Part shown: positions 1-8,357 of the stretch, in pieces | Position numbering within the stretch: the stretch's first letter is position 1 | Layout of the letters: each line of letters begins with the position of its first letter | From: an uncultured OCS116 cluster bacterium | GTDB lineage: Bacteria > Pseudomonadota > Alphaproteobacteria > Rhizobiales > TMED25 | DNA length: 64,000 bases | Direction: 5' to 3' | Assembly (NCBI GenBank): GCA_902613795.1 | Contig: CACMIP010000005.1 | Coordinates: forward strand, 74,129 to 138,128 | Position numbers and translations under genes: made by a program | The notes under the pieces: model-generated | Seen by the model: the letters and a program-made list of their open reading frames with translations, nothing else | Database searches by the model: none | What the model was told of the DNA's origin: nothing

Positions 1-342
1 GGTGGATCGTGCGCAGGTTTGGGAGGTGCTTATTTGTCCCTAGTCCAAACTCCAATGTGGGTTGAGAATATGACCGCTGGTCGTGGATGGATTGCGCTAG
101 CTATAGTTGTATTTGCAGTTTGGAGGCCTCTGTGGATTTTGGTGGGTGCGTATATTTTTGGGGGTATTACAATTATACAACTGCACGTACAGGCTCTTGG
201 TGTCAATATTGGCGCTCAGTATATGTCAATGATGCCATATCTCGTTACGATTGTGGTTCTTGTTTTTATCTCTGTGAATAAAAATAGGCTAGCTGTTAAT
301 GCCCCAAATTGCCTAAATAAGCTCTTTACATCAGACTTATAA
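1..342 (+). CDS. ABC transporter permease, C-terminal fragment (BMP/simple-sugar type importer)
   Basis: The frame is open from the window edge in frame 1. The hydrophobic TM-rich tail (GRGWIALAIVVFAVWRP, MPYLVTIVVLVFI) is typical of the inner-membrane permease of BMP-associated ABC importers. TAA stop at 340-342. A BMP-family binding protein gene follows. Confidence 0.75.
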   Translation, partial: GGSCAGLGGAYLSLVQTPMWVENMTAGRGWIALAIVVFAVWRPLWILVGAYIFGGITIIQLHVQALGVNIGAQYMSMMPYLVTIVVLVFISVNKNRLAVNAPNCLNKLFTSDL

Positions 343-360
343 AAGGTAATTTGGCGGGTT

Positions 361-401
361 CAACTTGAGAATTAAGTTGTCATTTCTTTTTTGATTTTTT
401 T
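361..401 (+). terminator. Possible intrinsic terminator after the permease gene
   Basis: Inverted repeat CAACTT (361-366) / AAGTTG (374-379) with a 7-nt loop, followed by the T-rich tract tcatttcttttttgattttttt. The stem is AT-rich and weak. Confidence 0.35.
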
Positions 402-654
402 GTGCTAATCGTAATGCCTTTAATTGCTCTAAAAATAACAACAGCGCCTAAGATTTCATTTAAATTAATAATGAAAATTTCAATTAATTCAGTGGAATAA
501 TAACAATTAAACTTCATATTGAGGTTAAAAGGTCTACTATTATTATATAGTTTATTAACGAAGCATTTACTTGTTTCTAAATTATAAGTAAATAAATAGG
601 CATTTCCCATTTTGCCTACTTATTATTGTCCCATTTTTATATACGGAGTTATCG

Positions 655-1740
655 ATGTCAAAAAAAATACTTGGTTCTATAATCGTGATTTTGGTTATAG
701 CTGTTGGTTTTTATTATCAATCTCAATTATCAGATGATGATGGAGTTAAAAAAGTTGGCTTTATTTATGTTGGCCCTGTCACAGACTTTGGATGGACTTA
801 TGAACATGATCAAGGTCGAAAAGCTGTCGTTGAGGCATTTGGAGATGCTGTTGAGACAACATATGTCGAGAGTGTTTCAGAAGGGCCCGATGCTGAGAGG
901 GCTATCACCCAAATGGCAAGAGACCATGACCTTATATTCACAACATCTTTTGGGTATATGAATCCAACCATCAAAGTTGCAAAGAAATTTAAAAAAGTTA
1001 AATTTGAGCACGCAACTGGATATCAAAGAGCTGATAATGTTGCAACATATGCAGCAAGATTTTATGAAGGGCGCCATTTGATCGGGCTAATAGCCGGTGG
1101 AATGACCCAATCAAATACAATTGGTTACATTGCCTCATTCCCGATACCAGAAGTTATTAGGGGCATAAATGCAGCCTATCTTGCCGCTACATCAGTAAAC
1201 CCAACCGTTGAGTTCAAAATTGTATGGGTCTACACTTGGTTTGATCCAGGCAAAGAAGCTGATGCAGCAAAGGCGCTAATCGATCAGGGTGCGGATATTA
1301 TCATGCAACATACCGACTCTGCTGCTGCAATGACAATTGCTGAAGAGCAGGGTATATATGCATTTGGGCAAGCATCAGATATGATTCAATTTGGTCCAAA
1401 CGCTCAATTAACCGCTATAATTGATGACTGGGCACCTTATTATGTAGAAAGAACACAAGCATTGATTGATAAGACTTGGGAGTCCAAAGATACATGGGGT
1501 GGTATGCCAACCGGAATGGTCAAGCTCGCAGATATATCTGAAGATGTGCCTAAGGTTGTTGTAAACCTTGTAAATGAGGCACAGGAAGGAATACTTACTG
1601 GCGAGTTGCATCCTTTCACAGGACCAATAAACAAGCAGGACGGAACAGTTTGGCTTGCTGAAGGTGAAGTCGCCTCCGAAGGTGATTTACTTGGTATGGA
1701 TTTCTACGTCGAAGGGATTGATGGCGTCATTCCTAATTAA
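655..1740 (+). CDS. BMP-family (PnrA/Med-like) ABC transporter substrate-binding protein
   Basis: 361 aa with an N-terminal hydrophobic anchor. The motifs VGFIYVGPVTDFGWTYEHDQGR and GYIASFPIPEVIRGINA are characteristic of the basic-membrane-protein family. SD ACGGAG lies 7 nt upstream of the ATG. Confidence 0.85.
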   Translation: MSKKILGSIIVILVIAVGFYYQSQLSDDDGVKKVGFIYVGPVTDFGWTYEHDQGRKAVVEAFGDAVETTYVESVSEGPDAERAITQMARDHDLIFTTSFGYMNPTIKVAKKFKKVKFEHATGYQRADNVATYAARFYEGRHLIGLIAGGMTQSNTIGYIASFPIPEVIRGINAAYLAATSVNPTVEFKIVWVYTWFDPGKEADAAKALIDQGADIIMQHTDSAAAMTIAEEQGIYAFGQASDMIQFGPNAQLTAIIDDWAPYYVERTQALIDKTWESKDTWGGMPTGMVKLADISEDVPKVVVNLVNEAQEGILTGELHPFTGPINKQDGTVWLAEGEVASEGDLLGMDFYVEGIDGVIPN

Positions 1741-1751
1741 AATACCGCTGA

Positions 1752-1777
1752 GAGCGCGCCGATCTCATGGCGCGCTC
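1752..1777 (+). terminator. GC-rich perfect hairpin between the BMP gene and apbC (terminator or RNA-stabilising stem)
   Basis: GAGCGCGCC (1752-1760), an 8-nt loop, then GGCGCGCTC (1769-1777): a 9-bp perfect stem in an otherwise AT-rich spacer, 12 nt after the TAA. No clear downstream U-tract. Confidence 0.4.
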
Positions 1778-1798
1778 GTAATGTCATAAGCAAAAATC

Positions 1799-2863
1799 AT
1801 GTCCGATATAAAAACTTTAGCTATTGAAAAGCTTAAAGAGCTGAATCCCGAGTACCCAAAGTTAATTGAAGACATCGTAGTTGCGAATAAAAAAATCTAT
1901 CTTTCATTAAAAACAGATAAAGCAAAAGTTGACAAATTTACAAAAATTAAACTTCAAATAGAAAAAGAGTTAGCTGCAATTGATGGTATTGATAGTGTAT
2001 CAGTTTCTTTAACATCACACTCTGATGCAACACAAGATAAAGCTATCCCCCAGGAAAATATAAGTGGTGTTTCCGAAGTTAGAAATATAATTTCTGTTGC
2101 GTCAGGAAAGGGTGGCGTCGGAAAATCAACAACATCGATAAATCTCGCTATTGCAATAAATCAGCTCGGTTTTAGCGTTGGGCTGCTTGATGCTGATGTA
2201 TATGGGCCGTCAATCCCAAAGCTAGTTGGGGATAGGCAAAAACCAAAGAAGTCTAAAGCTGGTAAAATTTTACCTATTCAGAAATATAATATCTCTCTGA
2301 TGTCTATTGGCTTTCTTGTTCCCGAAGACAGCCCAATGATCTGGCGAGGTCCAATGGTAATATCAGCTGTGAACCAAATGCTCAATGATGTTGAATGGGG
2401 TAAGTTAGACTATCTAGTAGTGGATATGCCACCTGGAACTGGCGATGTGCAGTTAACAATGGCACAAAGGGTGCCAATGAGTGGCGCAGTGATTGTATCA
2501 ACTCCTCAAGACTTAGCGCTCATAGATGCCAGAAAAGGCATAGAAATGTTTAAAAAAGTAAATATACCAATTCTTGGTATCATCGAAAATATGAGTACAT
2601 TCATATGCCCTAATTGTAAAAATGAATCACATATTTTTGGTTTTGAAGGCGCCAAACTTGAAGCAAAAAATCAAAAAGTAGATTTTTTAGGAGATATACC
2701 ATTAGAAATAGATCTCAGAGAGTGCTCTGATAACGGAAAGCCAATAATGCTCTCTAAAACAGACTCAGTAGTTTCAAAAAAATTTCTTGAAATTGCGAGA
2801 TCAGTCACAACAAAAGTCGGAGACGAATCAAATTCAAGCAAGCCAAATATTATTATAAATTAA
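1799..2863 (+). CDS. apbC: Fe-S cluster carrier ATPase Mrp/ApbC
   Basis: 354 aa. It has an N-terminal DUF59-like region, the deviant Walker A SGKGGVGKST, and the CPNC cluster-ligand motif (FICPNCKNESHIFG). Confidence 0.9.
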   Translation: MSDIKTLAIEKLKELNPEYPKLIEDIVVANKKIYLSLKTDKAKVDKFTKIKLQIEKELAAIDGIDSVSVSLTSHSDATQDKAIPQENISGVSEVRNIISVASGKGGVGKSTTSINLAIAINQLGFSVGLLDADVYGPSIPKLVGDRQKPKKSKAGKILPIQKYNISLMSIGFLVPEDSPMIWRGPMVISAVNQMLNDVEWGKLDYLVVDMPPGTGDVQLTMAQRVPMSGAVIVSTPQDLALIDARKGIEMFKKVNIPILGIIENMSTFICPNCKNESHIFGFEGAKLEAKNQKVDFLGDIPLEIDLRECSDNGKPIMLSKTDSVVSKKFLEIARSVTTKVGDESNSSKPNIIIN

Positions 2864-2880
2864 ATTCATGATGATATCGG

Positions 2881-3225
2881 ATGATACCTGAAAATATAAT
2901 TTTATCTGAAAATAAGAGAGAGTTAACCCTTGAATATGGGTCTAAAAAATCTGTTATGAGCGCTGAATTCTTGAGAGTTAATAGCCCCAGCGCCGATGTA
3001 AAGGGGCACAGCCCAGCACAAAAAAAAACTGTGAGTGGAAAGAGAGCTGTTTCAATTAATTCAATTGAGCTTGTTGGTAATTATGCAATAAAGCTTATTT
3101 TTGATGATGGCCATGCTACCGGTATATACACTTGGCAATATTTACAGGAACTTTTCAACGGCAAGGATAAAATATGGAAAGAGTATATAACAGAATTAAG
3201 GAAAAAAGGTTTAAATAGAGATTGA
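2881..3225 (+). CDS. DUF971 family protein (gamma-butyrobetaine hydroxylase-like N-terminal domain)
   Basis: 114 aa. The signature GNYAIKLIFDDGHATGIYTWQYLQEL matches the DUF971 pattern. It follows mrp/apbC directly, as is common in Alphaproteobacteria. Confidence 0.75.
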   Translation: MIPENIILSENKRELTLEYGSKKSVMSAEFLRVNSPSADVKGHSPAQKKTVSGKRAVSINSIELVGNYAIKLIFDDGHATGIYTWQYLQELFNGKDKIWKEYITELRKKGLNRD

Positions 3226-3229
3226 GCAT

Positions 3230-4402
3230 TCATTTAAGTGAATCAAGAGAGCTTGCCAAATCTTCAATTAGGTCAACGGGGTCTTCAAGTCCAATATGAA
3301 TTCTTACCATAGAGTTTGAGTATTTAGCCCATTCTTTTGTAGTTTGTCTATCTGGAAAAATCGGCATTATGAGACTCTCATAACCACCCCACGAAGCTCC
3401 AATACCAAATAGTGACAGGCTGTCGATGAATTTATCCAGAGTCTCAATGCTATTATTTTTATTATTAATAATTATGGACATAAGACTCCCACCTCCACCT
3501 GAAAAATACTCTTTCCATAAATCATGATCACGACTTTTATGAAATGGGGGGTAGAGGATTTCTGTGATTGCTTGATGTGCGGTAAGGAATTCGCATATTT
3601 TTAGTGAGTTCGCGAATTGTTTTTCCATTCTAACGTTAATAGTACGAAGACCTCGATTCGCCATATAGGCATCATCAGCATTTGAACTGACCCTGAGTAT
3701 ATCAAAGGCCTCTTCAACATATTTTTGAGCTTTTTTATTATAAGTCACAGCCCCCATGAATACATCTGAGTGCCCGACAATATACTTAGTACCCGCGTGC
3801 ACAGAAATATCAATACCAAATTTAAAGGGTTTAAAATACAATGGTGTTGCCCATGTATTATCAACTATTGTGAACAGATTACCTTTTGAGCAAATGGAAA
3901 CTAATTTATTTACATCAATAATCTCGAAGGTGAGTGAGCCCGGTGACTCAAAGAAAACCGCTCTAGTTTTTTTAGTAATTATATTTTCAAGTGAATCCAA
4001 ATCTTTCGGGTTAAAAAATAATGTCTCGACCCCCATCTTTGTAAGAAACTTTTCTGCGATTTGCTTCGTAGGCCCATAAACATTATCTGACAATATTAAT
4101 TGATCTCCGCTCCTGAGTATGCTGAGCAAACTGAGAAGGATTGCTGTTCTTCCAGAACTTGTTATTCGGCATCCTTCAGCATTTTCTAATAGCCTTATAC
4201 CTTCTGAAAGAGACTCTGTGTTAGGATTAGATTTGCTACCATAAAAATACCTTGAGGAGCGTTCCCTAAATTCTTTTGAGGTTTCAGAGAGCACCGTTGA
4301 TCCTCGATAAACGGGCGTATTTACAAAACCAAAATGTTCACCAGATTCTTGTCCTGCATGAGTAATTATAGTGCTTTCTTTATATTTTTTTTTATCCAAC
4401 AT
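3230..4402 (-). CDS. metC: Cystathionine beta-lyase / PLP-dependent trans-sulfuration enzyme
   Basis: 390 aa of the Cys/Met-metabolism PLP family. It has the N-terminal THAGQ...VNTPVYRGSTV motif and the PLP-lysine motif HAGTKYIVGHSD. Confidence 0.8.
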   Translation of the reverse strand: MLDKKKYKESTIITHAGQESGEHFGFVNTPVYRGSTVLSETSKEFRERSSRYFYGSKSNPNTESLSEGIRLLENAEGCRITSSGRTAILLSLLSILRSGDQLILSDNVYGPTKQIAEKFLTKMGVETLFFNPKDLDSLENIITKKTRAVFFESPGSLTFEIIDVNKLVSICSKGNLFTIVDNTWATPLYFKPFKFGIDISVHAGTKYIVGHSDVFMGAVTYNKKAQKYVEEAFDILRVSSNADDAYMANRGLRTINVRMEKQFANSLKICEFLTAHQAITEILYPPFHKSRDHDLWKEYFSGGGGSLMSIIINNKNNSIETLDKFIDSLSLFGIGASWGGYESLIMPIFPDRQTTKEWAKYSNSMVRIHIGLEDPVDLIEDLASSLDSLK

Positions 4403-4456
4403 ATGTAATTATTTGCATAAGTTTTATAACTCATCAATATATATTACATAAATTGT

Positions 4457-4487
4457 TTGACTTTAGAACAAAAATAGAACATATTAT
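4457..4487 (+). promoter_or_regulatory. LexA-type operator (GAAC-N7-GAAC) embedded in a candidate sigma70 promoter
   Basis: GAACAAAAATAGAAC lies at 4466-4480. The extended 19-mer TAGAACAAAAATAGAACAT (4464-4482) matches TAGAACATAAAAAGAACAT in the lexA promoter at 17/19 positions. It is flanked by TTGACT (4457-4462) and TATTAT (4482-4487) with a 19-nt spacer. Confidence 0.6.
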
Positions 4488-4507
4488 GTACAAAAAAGGA
4501 ATATATA

Positions 4508-4612
4508 ATGTTTTTATTAAGAAAATTTTTAAATAATTGGGAAGATATAACTGGGATTTTATCTGTTGTCACATTATCACTTATGCTGTTCAGATTTGCA
4601 TCAATAATCTAA
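4508..4612 (+). CDS. Untracked 34-codon ORF encoding a hydrophobic peptide (candidate SOS-regulated small membrane peptide or dnaE upstream ORF)
   Basis: ATG 4508 is preceded by AAGGA (4496-4500). Translation: MFLLRKFLNNWEDITGILSVVTLSLMLFRFASII, TAA at 4610-4612. The C-terminal ~21 residues are TM-like. It lies 28 nt downstream of the LexA-type box. It is below the ORF-track size cutoff and no homology check was possible. Confidence 0.35.
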   Translation: MFLLRKFLNNWEDITGILSVVTLSLMLFRFASII

Positions 4613-4719
4613 TTATCACCTCTTATCCACAAAACCAAAACAATATTTAGAACAATCTAATATTAAAATGACTTCTAGCTTTTTTTTATTAAAATGATAG
4701 TAGTCAAAAAGGAATATTA

Positions 4720-7700
4720 ATGGCAATTCCACACTTTATACATTTACGTGCTCGATCTGCATACTCTCTGCTTGAGTCATCTCTACACATAAATCAGATA
4801 AAGGATTTATGCATTGAAAATAATATGCCCGCTATTTGTATTTCTGATAGTAACCTTTTTGGCGCCCTAGAGTTTTCCGAGACCATGTCCTCAAATGGCA
4901 TTCAGCCATTGATTGGGGCAACGCTGCACGTATCATTAAATTATGCACCCACATCAAGCTCAAATCCCATGCAGTCATCAATTTGCTTGATAGCAATGAC
5001 GGAAATTGGGTATAAAAATTTATTAAAACTATCGAGTTATTCCTTTCAAAAAAATAATGCACTATTTCCATTTGTAACAATTGAAGAAATTTATAAACAT
5101 AATGAAGGCTTATTTTTCCTAACAGGTGGAGACGGGGGTACTGTAAATAATCTGATCAAATCAAATGGTACGGATCAAGCAATTGAATATATAAATAATA
5201 CAAAGAGCGTATTCAATGAAAGACTCTTTATTGAAATTCAAAGGTCAAACAGCAATAATCAATCTGTTGAGAACAAGCTAATAGATATAGCCTATGATAG
5301 GGGCATACCCATAGTTGCAACAAATGATATTTTTTTTGAGTCACGTGCCGACCATGAGGCAAATGATATCCTCCAATGCATTACAAATGCTGATGTAATA
5401 TCGAATCCAAATAGAAAAAAAATCTCACAAGAGTCCTATTTTAAAAATCAAGAAGAAATGCTCTCCTTGTTTGAAGATTTACCAGAAGCACTCGAGAACT
5501 CTGTATCAATCTCGATGCGGTGCACATACAGGCCGACAACATTAAATCCAATACTTCCAATGTACGTGCAGGAAGGGTCTGAGGATGAAGCGAAAGAAAA
5601 AGAAAATCACTTGCTAATTGATATGGCTAATAAAGGTTTCCAGGATAAAATTTCAAAATTCGGAACTGCAGAAAATTATCATATATCATTTTATCAGGAT
5701 AGGCTCGATAATGAGCTTTCAATTATTCTTGATATGGATTATGCAGGATATTTTTTAATTGTATCTGATATTATCAACTGGTCAAAGAATAACGATATAC
5801 CGGTTGGGCCAGGTAGAGGATCCGGTGCAGGATCTCTTGTGGCATGGTCGCTTGGGATAACAGACTTAGATCCTATAAAATTTAATCTTGTATTTGAAAG
5901 ATTTCTTAATCCACATCGAATATCGATGCCTGACTTCGATATTGACTTTTGCCCAATAAGACGTGACGAAGTTATTAATTATATAAAACAAAGATATGGT
6001 AATGATAGAGTTGCGCAAATAATTACATTCGGAAAACTTCAAGCAAGAGCTGTAATCCGAGATGTTGGTAGGGTTATGGAGATCCCTTATGGCCAAGTAG
6101 ACAGTTTATGTAGACTGATACCAAACAACCCTGCGAATCCGATGACACTATCAGATGCGTTAAGTGAGATCAAAGAGATTGGTGTGATTAGAAAGTCAGA
6201 CGAAACAATAGATCGTCTGCTTAAGTTCTCACTTTCACTTGAAGGTCTATACCGGCATGCCTCAACGCATGCGGCCGGAGTTGTTATATCTAATGGGAAG
6301 CTTGAGGAATATGTACCCCTCTATATGGATCAAAAAACTAATTCGCTTGTAACGCAATTCAATATGAAGTGGGTTGAGCAAGCAGGTTTGGTTAAATTTG
6401 ATATTTTAGGACTAAAAACCCTCTCTGTAATAAGTGAATGCTGCAGGCAGCTCGAAGCCATTGGCAAAAGTATTGATATAACATCCATAGATTTTCAGGA
6501 TGAAAAAACTCTTAAACTGTTTAGAGATGGTGAAACATCGGGTGTTTTCCAATTTGAAAGCTCAGGTATGAAAGATTTATTGGTTAAGGCTCACCCAAAT
6601 AACTTTGAAGATTTAATTGCCCTAATTGCGCTTTTCCGACCCGGTCCAATGGAAAATATTCCTCAATATCTTGAGTCAAAGAATACAGATATTGAGATTG
6701 AAGATTTACATGAACTCATTAACCCAATAATTGCTGACACTTACGGAGTAATAATATATCAAGAACAGGTTATTCAAATTGCACAGAAACTAGCTGGCTA
6801 TAGCCTTGGTGAAGCTGATCTCCTGAGGCGAGCTATGGGTAAAAAAATAAAATCTGAAATGGATGCGCAGAGAGATAAATTTATCAATGGCGCTAGCTCA
6901 AATGGGGTTGATGCGAAAAAAGCTGAATACATATTTGACTTAGTAGATAAATTTGCGGGATATGGTTTTAATAAGGCTCATTCAGCTGCCTATGCTCTGA
7001 TTGCATTTCAAACGGCATACTTAAAAGCGAATTATCCCTTGGCATTTATGTCAGCGCTTTTGACACTAGATATTGGTAATATTGATAAGGTTTCAAGTAT
7101 TATTTCAGAAACAAAAAGGATGAAAATAGAAATATTGCCACCTTCAATAAATTATTCTTCACACGACTTTCTAATAGAGGGTGAGTCAATAAGATTCTCA
7201 CTATCATCAATAAAAAATGTTGGTGCGCAGGCGGTTGAAAACATTTGCACAGAGAGGAGTAAAAATGGACCTTATGCTGATATTCAGGATTTTATCTCAC
7301 GAATAGACAGCCATTTTGTAAACAAGCGCGCACTTGAGGGACTAATCATGGCAGGCGCTTTTGATGAGATTGAGCAGAACAGAGCGCTGCTGATGGAGAA
7401 TGTTGAAATTCTTCTATTGGAGTCGAGCCGCCTCAAGAAGAAAAATTTGGACGGTCAAACGGATATATTTGCTGCTATTGAAGAGTCAAAGCCTGAAATA
7501 AGGCTTCCTGAAAAAAAAGAATGGACCAGAAGCAGAAAACTTGCAGGCGAGTTTGAATTTTTGGGATCTTATTTATCAGGTCATCCATTGCAAGGCTATT
7601 CTCGTGACGTTGAGAAGTACAGCGTCACTTCATACGCCGATTTCATAAATAACGTAAAGACGAAAAGGCACAAGCAAGCCAGATTAGCTGGTGTAATTCA

Positions 7701-8232
7701 TGCAAGGGTGAATAGAAGAGGAAAAACAGGTAGAAATTATTCATTCATAAGATTTTCAGACAAAAGCCAAGAATTTGAGACTATGTTTTTTTCAGATACT
7801 ATAGATAAATTCAATGAAATACTATATGTGGGTAATGTTTTGATTATAAAAGTAGATGCCGACCTCCAAGGCGACTCAATCAGACTCCGAGTCAATGACG
7901 TCATTCAAGCTACCGAAGATGATTTAGTTGATGCCGATAAACCTTACATAGTAAGTGACGACCTCATCCGTCCCGAGATAGAAGATTTGAACCGGGAAGA
8001 GAAGATTGTTACTCAAAAATATACAATAAAAATATCAGATATAACAGCAATTGATCTAATAGCCGAAAAGCTTGAGCTTGGCAAAGGCTCGGATATTATC
8101 AATTTAAAATTTTATGATAATAATTTAAAAAAAGATATAAAACTTGAGATTGGAAATACTTATTCTTTTGATGATGACACTGAAAAGTATCTCAGCTCAA
8201 TACCAGGAGTAGTTGGTATAAACATTGACTAA
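4720..8232 (+). CDS. dnaE: DNA polymerase III alpha subunit
   Basis: 1170 aa. It has the PHP-domain N-terminus (HLRARSAYSLLES), polymerase core motifs GPGRGSGAGSLVAW and PDFDIDF, and an OB-fold region near the C-terminus. AAGGA lies 6 nt upstream of the ATG. Confidence 0.97.
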   Translation: MAIPHFIHLRARSAYSLLESSLHINQIKDLCIENNMPAICISDSNLFGALEFSETMSSNGIQPLIGATLHVSLNYAPTSSSNPMQSSICLIAMTEIGYKNLLKLSSYSFQKNNALFPFVTIEEIYKHNEGLFFLTGGDGGTVNNLIKSNGTDQAIEYINNTKSVFNERLFIEIQRSNSNNQSVENKLIDIAYDRGIPIVATNDIFFESRADHEANDILQCITNADVISNPNRKKISQESYFKNQEEMLSLFEDLPEALENSVSISMRCTYRPTTLNPILPMYVQEGSEDEAKEKENHLLIDMANKGFQDKISKFGTAENYHISFYQDRLDNELSIILDMDYAGYFLIVSDIINWSKNNDIPVGPGRGSGAGSLVAWSLGITDLDPIKFNLVFERFLNPHRISMPDFDIDFCPIRRDEVINYIKQRYGNDRVAQIITFGKLQARAVIRDVGRVMEIPYGQVDSLCRLIPNNPANPMTLSDALSEIKEIGVIRKSDETIDRLLKFSLSLEGLYRHASTHAAGVVISNGKLEEYVPLYMDQKTNSLVTQFNMKWVEQAGLVKFDILGLKTLSVISECCRQLEAIGKSIDITSIDFQDEKTLKLFRDGETSGVFQFESSGMKDLLVKAHPNNFEDLIALIALFRPGPMENIPQYLESKNTDIEIEDLHELINPIIADTYGVIIYQEQVIQIAQKLAGYSLGEADLLRRAMGKKIKSEMDAQRDKFINGASSNGVDAKKAEYIFDLVDKFAGYGFNKAHSAAYALIAFQTAYLKANYPLAFMSALLTLDIGNIDKVSSIISETKRMKIEILPPSINYSSHDFLIEGESIRFSLSSIKNVGAQAVENICTERSKNGPYADIQDFISRIDSHFVNKRALEGLIMAGAFDEIEQNRALLMENVEILLLESSRLKKKNLDGQTDIFAAIEESKPEIRLPEKKEWTRSRKLAGEFEFLGSYLSGHPLQGYSRDVEKYSVTSYADFINNVKTKRHKQARLAGVIHARVNRRGKTGRNYSFIRFSDKSQEFETMFFSDTIDKFNEILYVGNVLIIKVDADLQGDSIRLRVNDVIQATEDDLVDADKPYIVSDDLIRPEIEDLNREEKIVTQKYTIKISDITAIDLIAEKLELGKGSDIINLKFYDNNLKKDIKLEIGNTYSFDDDTEKYLSSIPGVVGINID

Positions 8233-8357
8233 CAAAGTTTTAGTAAATTAGCTTGATATTTTTTTAATAAAATCATATAAACAGCATATTACGTACATAG
8301 AGCATGAGTCGGTGTTTGTAACGCTCTATGGGGAATAACCGAGTCAGGAGAATTACA

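Noticed and set aside
380-610. 76-aa minus-strand ORF in the permease/BMP spacer
   Set aside because: Its composition is low-complexity and AT-driven (N/K/I/F-rich). It has no SD and no recognisable domain, and it spans the terminator-like hairpin. This is most likely a chance ORF in AT-rich non-coding DNA.
4613-4719. Antisense sRNA promoter or terminator downstream of the 34-codon ORF (imperfect hairpin ATATTTAGA/TCTAATAT, T9 run at about 4681-4689)
   Set aside because: The stems are short, AT-only and bulged. No convincing -35/-10 pair was found on the minus strand. It is left as a test inside the main finding rather than reported as a feature.
8328-8357. Upstream ATG start for rpsB ([10 protein letters not shown] extension)
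   Set aside because: The conserved S2 N-terminus starts at 8358, which has a proper AGGAG SD. The 8328 ATG lies inside the leader hairpin and has no SD.
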